In this document: in pieces, positions 57,080 to 64,000 of the stretch | Layout: every line of letters begins with the position of its first letter | Position numbering within the stretch: position 1 is the first letter of the stretch | Assembly (NCBI GenBank): GCA_947625515.1 | Contig: CANQOO010000002.1 | Coordinates: 22,238-86,237 of the forward strand | Length of the DNA stretch: 64,000 nucleotides | DNA from: an uncultured Clostridia bacterium | GTDB taxonomy: Bacteria; Bacillota; Clostridia; Christensenellales; UBA1242 | Reading direction: 5' to 3' | Program-made: the position numbers and the translations under genes | The notes under the pieces: model-generated | What the model was told of the DNA's origin: nothing | What the model saw: only the letters and a program-made list of their open reading frames with translations | Database searches by the model: none

Positions 57080-58174
57080 ATGAAAATTGGAGTTGTGGGA
57101 CTGCCTAATGTGGGCAAAAGTTCGCTTTTTAACGCAATCACGGAAGCTGGTGCAGAGAGTGCCAACTATCCTTTCTGCACAATCGAGCCAAATGTTGGCA
57201 TTGTGGACGTGCCGGATGAGCGTCTGGAAGTTTTGGGAAAGATGTATAACACCCAAAAAATCACCCCTGCCAGCATTGAATTTGTGGACATAGCTGGGCT
57301 TGTGGCTGGTGCCAGTCACGGCGAAGGGCTGGGCAACAAATTTCTCAGTCACATTCGCGAGTGCGACGCCATTGTGCATGTGGTGAGATGTTTTGAAAAC
57401 GAAAAAATCATTCACGTAAGCGGCTCCATTGACCCAAAACGCGACATTGAAACCATTGAAATGGAACTGGCACTTTCCGATTTGGAGCAAGTGACAAAAT
57501 TTTTGGAGAAGAACGAAAAAGTTGCCAAACAAAACAAAGACAAGGCTCTTGTCGCCGCTGTTGATATGATGAGTCGCATCAAATCCGTGCTGGAAGTTGG
57601 CGGTCAGGCACGCTCGCTTTCATTCAGCGAGGAAGAACAAAAATATCTAAAAAATTTCGGGCTTCTCACGGCAAAACCGGTCATTTTTGTGGCAAATATT
57701 GGCGAAAACGAAATTGGCAAGCCGGACAATGCACATGTGCAAGCTGTCCGACAAATCGCCGAACAAGAGCATGCAAAAGTTGTTGTGCTGTGTGCCAAAA
57801 TTGAAGAAGAAATTGTTGGACTGGACAAAGAAGAGCGGGCACTTTTTAAAGAAGAACTTGGCATCAAAGAGAGTGGGTTGGAAAAACTTGTTGTGGCAAG
57901 TTATGACCTTCTGGGGCTGCAAAGTTACCTCACCGCCGGAGAAAAAGAAGTTCGGGCTTGGACCATCACAAAAGGCACAAAGGCTCCGCAGGCGGCTGGG
58001 AAAATCCACACCGATTTTGAAAAGGGCTTCATCAAGGCAGAGATTGTCTCTTATGCCGATTTGGTGGAGGCTGGCAGTTTCCTGAAAGCCAAAGAACGCG
58101 GCAAGGTTCGCATGGAAGGCAAGGACTATGTTGTGCAAGACGGCGACGTTGTGCTTTTTAGATTCAACAATTAA
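57080..58174 (+). CDS. ychF: redox-regulated ATPase YchF
   Basis: Start moved to MKIGVVGLPNVGKSSLFNA; 364 aa; C-terminal TGS-like domain. Confidence 0.93.
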   Translation: MKIGVVGLPNVGKSSLFNAITEAGAESANYPFCTIEPNVGIVDVPDERLEVLGKMYNTQKITPASIEFVDIAGLVAGASHGEGLGNKFLSHIRECDAIVHVVRCFENEKIIHVSGSIDPKRDIETIEMELALSDLEQVTKFLEKNEKVAKQNKDKALVAAVDMMSRIKSVLEVGGQARSLSFSEEEQKYLKNFGLLTAKPVIFVANIGENEIGKPDNAHVQAVRQIAEQEHAKVVVLCAKIEEEIVGLDKEERALFKEELGIKESGLEKLVVASYDLLGLQSYLTAGEKEVRAWTITKGTKAPQAAGKIHTDFEKGFIKAEIVSYADLVEAGSFLKAKERGKVRMEGKDYVVQDGDVVLFRFNN

Positions 58175-58249
58175 AATAAAAAAGTTTTTGCAAAAATAAT
58201 AATGTTTTAAAAAGTTTTTAAAACAAAAAAATAAAAAAAGGCGAAAAAT

Positions 58250-58669
58250 ATGGAAAATTTTGAAAATTTGTCCCCGCTCGCCTTGGCATTTTTGGGAGAC
58301 GCAATCCATACGGCATTTGTGCGTTGCGAAGTGTTGAAGGGCGAAAAGGAAAAGTTGAACACATATCACACCCGTGCGAAGAATTTTTGCAACGCAAGTG
58401 CCCAAGCAAACGCTCTTGAAGCATTGGAAAATAAGCCAAATTTTTTGACCGAAACAGAAAAAGACATTGTGCGAAAAGCACGCAACACACACAACAAGCA
58501 TAGTGCAAAAAATTTTGACGAAGAAACCTACAAAAAAGCGACATCTTTTGAAGCACTTTTGGGCTTTTTATATCTTTCCAATCAAAAGAAAAGATTAGAA
58601 GAAATTTTGCAAAAATCAGTGGAAATTCAGCAAAAATCACAAAAAAAGGAAGATGAAAATGCAAATTGA
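58250..58669 (+). CDS. mrnC: mini-ribonuclease III
   Basis: LSPLALAFLGDAIHTAFVR; conserved position before rlmB and sigH. Confidence 0.85.
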   Translation: MENFENLSPLALAFLGDAIHTAFVRCEVLKGEKEKLNTYHTRAKNFCNASAQANALEALENKPNFLTETEKDIVRKARNTHNKHSAKNFDEETYKKATSFEALLGFLYLSNQKKRLEEILQKSVEIQQKSQKKEDENAN

Positions 58670-59543
58670 AGGGAAAAATCAGGTGGTGGAGGCAATCAAA
58701 AACGAAGCCACAATCAACAAAATTTTGGTGGATAAAAATTTTGCATCGCGAAGGGACGATGTCATCAATTTGGCACGCAAAAATGGTTTAAAAGTGGAGT
58801 TTTTGCCTAAGAAAATCCTGGATGCACAAAGTGTGACGGGGCATCACCAGGGCTACATCGCCCAGACAGTGGATTTTGAATATTCCTCCATTCAAGAAAT
58901 TCTGAAATATGCAAAATCGAAAAACACGCAAGACGCCGAAAATGAAAATGCTGAAAGCCTGCAAAATTTCAAAAGCGAAAATTCTAAAAACAAAAAAAAT
59001 GCCGATTTTGAAAACGGCGTTTTGACGGCAGACGAAATTCACGAAAAATCACAAAACGGCGAAAAACGCGGCAAATTTGCAAAAAATCAGCCATTTATTG
59101 TGCTTTTGGACGGCATCGAGGACCCGCACAATCTTGGGGCAATCATCCGCACTTGCGAGTGTGCCGGCGTGGACGGGATAATCATCCCAAAAGCCCGTGC
59201 TTGCCAGGTTAACGAAACGGTGGTTCGCACTTCCGCAGGTGCAATTTCTCACATGAAAATTGCTCGCGTGGCAAATTTGAAAACTGCCATTGACGAACTG
59301 AAAGAAAATGGACTTTGGATTTACGCCTGCGAACTTGGCGGGCAGGATTTATACTCCCAAAACCTCACCGGGCCCATTGCTGTTGTGATTGGCAGCGAGG
59401 GCAACGGCATCAAGCAGTCGCTTCGCACATATTGTGACGGGGTGCTGACCTTGCCGCAACTTGGCAGCGTCAACAGCCTTAACGCAAGTGTGAGTGCCGG
59501 AATTGTGATTTATGAAATTTTAAGACAGCGTGCCAGCGAATGA
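58653..59543 (+). CDS. rlmB: SpoU/TrmH-family 23S rRNA 2-prime-O-methyltransferase (RlmB-like) with low-complexity insert
   Basis: LDGIEDPHNLGAIIRTCECAGVDGIIIP, GSEGNGI, SLNASVSAGIVIYE. ~65-aa K/N/E-rich insert. Start could be ATG 58659. Confidence 0.85.
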   Translation: MKMQIEGKNQVVEAIKNEATINKILVDKNFASRRDDVINLARKNGLKVEFLPKKILDAQSVTGHHQGYIAQTVDFEYSSIQEILKYAKSKNTQDAENENAESLQNFKSENSKNKKNADFENGVLTADEIHEKSQNGEKRGKFAKNQPFIVLLDGIEDPHNLGAIIRTCECAGVDGIIIPKARACQVNETVVRTSAGAISHMKIARVANLKTAIDELKENGLWIYACELGGQDLYSQNLTGPIAVVIGSEGNGIKQSLRTYCDGVLTLPQLGSVNSLNASVSAGIVIYEILRQRASE

Positions 59544-59667
59544 TTGAGAAACTTATTAAAAAAATTGCAAAAAGTCGGCAAAAATGCAAAAACAACGCAA
59601 AATTTTCAAAAAAAACACTTTTTGAACTCATTTTTAGTTGAACGCAAAAATTTTAAAAGGAACACAA

Positions 59668-60264
59668 ATGACATCTGACGAAGAATTGGTGAAGAGCATC
59701 AAACTCGGCAACGACAACGCCGAAAGCGAGTTGTTTGACCGATATAAAGACTTGGTGGTGAAACTTTCTCGCGGCTATTTTCTTGTTGGCGGAGATTTGG
59801 AGGACTTGATTCAAGAAGGCATGATTGGGCTTTATAAAGCGGTGAAAAACTTTTCGCCAAACAAAGATGCCTCATTCAAGACTTTTGCGGTGCTTTGCAT
59901 CAGGCATCAAATTCAAAATGCCATAAGAATTGCCAACACCAACAAAAACAAGCCTCTTTCCACCGCCATTTCCTTCCAAAGTTTCAACTCACCCGCCAGC
60001 GAAAGTGTGGACTTTTTGCCTGTGGAGCTGATTTTTGACACCACCCCAGCTGAGCGAGCGATTGACAAGGAAGAATTTGAACAAACAAAACAACTCATCA
60101 AAAGTTCTCTTTCTCCGCAAGAAATGCGAGTGCTGAGGCTGTATCTTCAAGGTTTTTCCTATCGCGAAATCTCCGCGTCGCTTGGGCTGTCGCAAAAGGC
60201 GATTGACAATGCCCTGACCCGCATCAAGGCAAAACTTCGCAATAAACTGAATATGAAAAAATAA
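59668..60264 (+). CDS. sigH: sigma-70 family sigma factor, SigH-like
   Basis: Start at MTSDEELV. DLIQEGMIGLYKAV (region 2), LQGFSYREISASLGLSQKAIDNALTRIK (region 4). Synteny mrnC-rlmB-sigH. Confidence 0.8.
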   Translation: MTSDEELVKSIKLGNDNAESELFDRYKDLVVKLSRGYFLVGGDLEDLIQEGMIGLYKAVKNFSPNKDASFKTFAVLCIRHQIQNAIRIANTNKNKPLSTAISFQSFNSPASESVDFLPVELIFDTTPAERAIDKEEFEQTKQLIKSSLSPQEMRVLRLYLQGFSYREISASLGLSQKAIDNALTRIKAKLRNKLNMKK

Positions 60265-60449
60265 AAAATGTGCAAAAACCCGGCAAAAATGCAAAAGTTT
60301 AATTTTTGTTCAATTAAAACAACAATGCAGAAGTTTGTTTTTGACACTCAAAACTTGCACAAAAAATGCAACATTTTCCATAAAAGAACACCAAAAATTT
60401 GACTTTTGCAATCTAAATGTTTTACAATTAATTATCATGGAGAAAAAGT

Positions 60450-62150
60450 ATGAAACTTGAAAATGGCATTGACCTGGACAAAATCGTTCCAGAAAATGAA
60501 TTGGAAGAAGAAATTATTGCAGACTTAAAAGAAGGTCGCTCGAAAGAAGTGGTCACCCGCTGCCCGCCAGAGCCGAGTGGCTATTGGTATATTGGTCACG
60601 CCAAGGCTTGGACAATCAACTTTGAGACAGCACAAAAATTTGGCGGCAGGACAGTTTTGAGAATGGACGACTCCAACCCGACCAAAGAGGAGGGTGAATT
60701 TGCGGACAGTTATATGGCGGACCTGGAATGGCTGGGCTTTAAGCCGTGCAAATTTGTGTATGCTAGCGAGGAATATTTTGACGAAATCTACAAAATCGCC
60801 GAGAAAATGATTCAAAACGGCGATGCATATGTCTGCGACCTCTCCGCCGAAGAAGTTTCTGCCTCCCGCGGCACTTTGACCGAGCCTGGCAAAGAAAGCC
60901 CGTATCGCAACCGCACCCCAGAGGAGAATTTGCGTCTTTTCCGCGAGATGCGGGACGGAAAATATCCTGATGGCAGCAAAACGCTGCGTGCAAAAATTGA
61001 CATGGCTCATCCAAACATCAACATGCGTGACCCAGTCATGTATAAAATCGCCCGCCAGCATCACTATCGCGTTGGAGACAAGTGGTGCATTTGGCCGCAA
61101 TACGATTTTGTCCACCCGATGGAGGACTGTTTGGAAGGCACCACTTACAGTTTGTGCGACAAAGGTTTTCAAGACCACCGAATTGTGTATGAATGGTTTG
61201 TTCAGCACGGCTGGGGCAAAAAATATGCCCCAAAACAGCGGGAATTTTCCCGAATTGTCCTGGAAAATGTTTTGACCGGGAAAAGATATTTAAAACAGCT
61301 TGTAAAGGGCGGATATGTGAGCGGCTGGGACGACCCACGCTTCCCAACACTTGTTGGAGTGCGTCGCCGCGGCTACACCGCCAAGGCCATCAAGGATTTT
61401 GTCAAGTCCGTTGGCTGGGGCAGCACAATTGAGGTTGTGGTGCCATATTCCGCACTTGAATATTATGTGCGAGAGGACCTCAACCGCATTGCCACGCGTG
61501 CCATGGTGGTTCTTAATCCACTTAAAGTTGTCATCACAAACTTCAACGGCAAGCCGGAAGAAATTGAAATTGAAAACAATCCAAATGACGAGTCTGCCGG
61601 CAAGCACATGGCACTTTTCGGCCGCGAAATTTTCATTGAGCAAGACGACTTTTCACTCAACCCTCCGCCAAAATATAACAGGCTTGTTGAGGGCGGAATT
61701 GTGAGATTGAAAGGTGCCTACATCATCAAGTGCAACAAGGTTATTTTTGCCGAAAATGGCGAAATCGACCACCTGGAATGCGAATATCTTCCGGACACAA
61801 AAAGTGGAAACGACACCTCCGGCATCAAGTGCAAAGGCACCATCCATTTTGTGGCAAAAGAAAATTGTTTTGAAGTGACGATCAGGGAATTCAAGAACCT
61901 TATCAAGGCGGAATATAAAACACCAGCAAAAGATTTGGCGGACGGGACCCCAATTGAAGAAATGCTGGAAGAAAATTCGCTGCAAGAAAGCACCGCCCTT
62001 GCCGAAAACTTCCTCAAATCTGCAAAACCAGAAGACAAATTCCAGTTTATGCGAAAGGGCTATTATTGCGTTGACAAAGACAGCACCCCTGACCACATGA
62101 TTTTCAACAGCACCATCAGTCTGAAAGACGGCTTCAAAAGCGGAAAATAA
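60450..62150 (+). CDS. glnS: glutamine--tRNA ligase
   Basis: 566 aa. PEPSGYWYIGHAKA (HIGH region), FSRIVLENVLTGKRYL in place of FSRLNLEYTVMSKRKL, GlnRS-type C-terminal barrels. Confidence 0.8.
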   Translation: MKLENGIDLDKIVPENELEEEIIADLKEGRSKEVVTRCPPEPSGYWYIGHAKAWTINFETAQKFGGRTVLRMDDSNPTKEEGEFADSYMADLEWLGFKPCKFVYASEEYFDEIYKIAEKMIQNGDAYVCDLSAEEVSASRGTLTEPGKESPYRNRTPEENLRLFREMRDGKYPDGSKTLRAKIDMAHPNINMRDPVMYKIARQHHYRVGDKWCIWPQYDFVHPMEDCLEGTTYSLCDKGFQDHRIVYEWFVQHGWGKKYAPKQREFSRIVLENVLTGKRYLKQLVKGGYVSGWDDPRFPTLVGVRRRGYTAKAIKDFVKSVGWGSTIEVVVPYSALEYYVREDLNRIATRAMVVLNPLKVVITNFNGKPEEIEIENNPNDESAGKHMALFGREIFIEQDDFSLNPPPKYNRLVEGGIVRLKGAYIIKCNKVIFAENGEIDHLECEYLPDTKSGNDTSGIKCKGTIHFVAKENCFEVTIREFKNLIKAEYKTPAKDLADGTPIEEMLEENSLQESTALAENFLKSAKPEDKFQFMRKGYYCVDKDSTPDHMIFNSTISLKDGFKSGK

Positions 62151-62213
62151 ATAGAAAAATTTATAAAACTTGCAAAAAATGTGCAAAATTCTCTGCCTAA
62201 AAATAAAAAATGT

Positions 62214-62248
62214 GCAAAAAAAATCTCTGCCAAGCAGAGATTTTTTCT
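62214..62248. terminator. bidirectional terminator
   Basis: AAAAAAAATCTCTGC-CAA-GCAGAGATTTTTTC. Confidence 0.75.
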
Positions 62249-62302
62249 TTCAAAATAAAAAATTGTCTCAATTTTTGTTATATTTCAAATTTATTCATTT
62301 TC

Positions 62303-63523
62303 CTATTTATTTAGGCTCTTTGCCACTGCCGTCAAGTTGAGGTGAAGTGCCGGACGGACGGCAGAGGTGCTGCTAACATTAATGCTAGGATGATCGCCGC
62401 CTTCCGCACTGAGGTCGCAAGCATAAGTTGACCCCGTGGAAGGAGCCGAACGCAACCAATAAATGTCGGAATTTGCTCGTTGATTTACTGACACCATCCA
62501 AAGGCTCTTGCCACCATGTCCCGTTTCAGACAGCGATGGGATCCAAAGTCTATCATCCGCCCATGCGTCGTTTTTAGCCTTTTTAGCGTAGTTATAATCA
62601 CCGCTGTAGAAGCCCTCGTCTGTCACTTCACTCGACCAAGCGTCATTAGAGATGTTATTCCAATATTTGGCAGAATCTATTGCGGACTGAAACTCCTGCC
62701 AAGCCACTTGCCTTGGAGTGACAATGAAGTCTGAAATCTCGTTATAATAAACGCCATCTGTCATTGTGAATTTGGCGAACACGCTTTGTTCATTTTGAAC
62801 ATAGTTCACCAACTCGGAATTTGCGGAGCCAGTTTTGTTGGAATATAGCCCTCCATTGTTTAACACGACCGCGTGCATATATGAAGCACCATAGAGATTG
62901 TCCGGTACTTCCGCAGCCCTTGACGCAGTAGCATTTGGGGCAAAGCCACTGCTCCAAGTGGAAGTTCCATTTTCATCAAATGTTTTCCCGTCGGCATATG
63001 TTTCTCCGCTCAGTTGCGAGGAATCCGTCAGCCAAAGGGTGAGAATCACGTCGTGCGGCTCGTTGTCTTTCCCCTCGTTTGTGGTGGAAAGAAAGACCGG
63101 CGTCCATTTAAGCCCGCCCAGCTCCACAATAATTTCCGCATCATAACTCTTGGCAGAGACGGAATAATTGTCGTCCGCAGATGCGGGGTTCACCTTGTTG
63201 TAGTTTGCAATTATGTCCTCCGAGGTCATCCTTGTTGTTGCAAGGGTTTCAATCGGTGCCATGTTGTCCACCGTCGCTGTGCTGTCGCCTGAAATGTTCC
63301 ACAACAGTTTGTTGACATTGCTCTTGTCAAAAACTTGTGACACACTGTCCCATAGGTCCTGCGAAATGTCATAGATAACAGAAAAGCCGCCCTCAATGCC
63401 AGTCGAAAGAGCAGCCAAAACTATGTTGGTCATTGTGCATGCAATAACAAAAAGAAAAAGACAAACAAAGCCGGTGTATTTCAGCTTGTCAAATATACCC
63501 CCCCCCGCAAATTTACGCCTCAT
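62303..63523 (-). CDS. secreted/surface protein, paralog of 10951-12699, with G9 tract in codons 6-9
   Basis: 406 aa, AAAGGAG RBS. Shared blocks DIIANYNK, SYDAEII.ELG.L.WTPV.LS, ILTLWL.D, WIPSLSETG, WLRS, AVRPALHLNL. Confidence 0.75.
   Translation of the reverse strand: MRRKFAGGGIFDKLKYTGFVCLFLFVIACTMTNIVLAALSTGIEGGFSVIYDISQDLWDSVSQVFDKSNVNKLLWNISGDSTATVDNMAPIETLATTRMTSEDIIANYNKVNPASADDNYSVSAKSYDAEIIVELGGLKWTPVFLSTTNEGKDNEPHDVILTLWLTDSSQLSGETYADGKTFDENGTSTWSSGFAPNATASRAAEVPDNLYGASYMHAVVLNNGGLYSNKTGSANSELVNYVQNEQSVFAKFTMTDGVYYNEISDFIVTPRQVAWQEFQSAIDSAKYWNNISNDAWSSEVTDEGFYSGDYNYAKKAKNDAWADDRLWIPSLSETGHGGKSLWMVSVNQRANSDIYWLRSAPSTGSTYACDLSAEGGDHPSINVSSTSAVRPALHLNLTAVAKSLNK
63498..63506 (-). repeat. 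G9 (coding strand) homopolymer inside the 5-prime end of CDS 62303-63523
   Basis: ATG AGG CGT AAA TTT GCG GGG GGG GGT ATA; C9 on the + strand. Confidence 0.95.
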
Positions 63524-63642
63524 TTTTGTTTCTCCTTTTTCTTCATACTATTTTCGCTCAAATTTTGAATTTGATGACATTTTATTAATATTTTTAAAAC
63601 AATGTGTTTGTTTAAAATATCAATTTATATAACTTCTTTCTT

Positions 63643-63671
63643 ATTATCTCAAAAAAACTTATTTTTGTCAA
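63643..63671 (-). promoter_or_regulatory. promoter TTGACA-17-GATAAT for 62303-63523
   Basis: Minus-strand -35 at 63666-63671, -10 at 63643-63648. Confidence 0.5.
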
Positions 63672-63729
63672 GCAAAAATTTCGGCGATAATGAAAAAAGT
63701 CGCCGGTGGCGGAAAATTGTGCATTTTTG

Positions 63730-63759
63730 TTGGACAAAAATGTGCTTTTGGGTTATAAT
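63730..63759 (+). promoter_or_regulatory. promoter TTGGAC-18-TATAAT, leaderless configuration
   Basis: TATAAT 63754-63759. ATG at 63766 is 6 nt later, with no RBS. Confidence 0.5.
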
Positions 63760-63765
63760 CATAAT

Positions 63766-64000
63766 ATGTGGATTGCATACATTGTTTTGATGCTTGTTGC
63801 GTGCTTGGCACTTGCAGCGGCACTTTGCTTCGTCAAGAGGCAGAGCCAGTTTTTTATTGTGCTTTCCTGCCTGTTCTACGCAGCACTGATTTGCACCGGC
63901 GTGTGCTGTGCGTCCTATCACAACACTTTCAACGGATATTCCATTCTGATTTTCCTCTCTGTGCTGCCTCTTCTGCTGACATTATTTAAACTGAAAGGTG
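63766..64000 (+). CDS. multi-pass membrane protein (5-prime part; runs off window)
   Basis: Not in ORF track because there is no stop. My translation: MWIAYIVLMLVACLALAAALCFVKRQSQFFIVLSCLFYAALICTGVCCASYHNTFNGYSILIFLSVLPLLLTLFKLKG. Confidence 0.6.
   Translation, partial: MWIAYIVLMLVACLALAAALCFVKRQSQFFIVLSCLFYAALICTGVCCASYHNTFNGYSILIFLSVLPLLLTLFKLKG

Overview
Low-GC, Bacillota-like chromosomal segment using the standard genetic code (TGA is a stop; GTG and TTG starts occur), with unusually long AT-rich, word-like intergenic regions. The backbone is housekeeping: recD2 (partial), marR-like, cysS, comFC, rplM-rpsI, rpmE, rpsF-ssb-rpsR, groES-groEL, secA, ychF, mrnC-rlmB-sigH, glnS, and tRNA-Glu(UUC), tRNA-Arg(CCU) and tRNA-Gly(CCC). 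Among these are many predicted surface proteins and lipoproteins: two paralogous TIM-barrel glycosidase-like lipoproteins flanking an ABC-FtsX fusion, two paralogous secreted proteins, a collagen-like protein and a 909-aa repeat protein. The main finding is a 13.9-kb element (26544-40447) bounded by a perfect 27-bp direct repeat. It sits between the groESL terminator and the rpsF promoter. It carries a Zot/pI-type ATPase, an HUH rolling-circle Rep with an iteron and hairpin region, a run of membrane-anchored proteins, a MazF-like gene and a frameshifted DDE transposase, but no integrase. I read it as an inovirus-like prophage with mostly unrecognisable genes. The second finding is three G9/C9 homopolymer tracts. 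Two lie in the spacer of a conserved promoter cassette upstream of lipoprotein genes, and one lies in codons 6-9 of a secreted-protein gene. This pattern fits slipped-strand phase variation. Other observations: a duplicated tRNA-Glu 3-prime end (att-like scar), a DegV gene remnant, several 25-39 bp tandem repeat arrays, near-leaderless promoters and a G-rich structured leader. All family assignments come from motif recognition by eye, with no database search.
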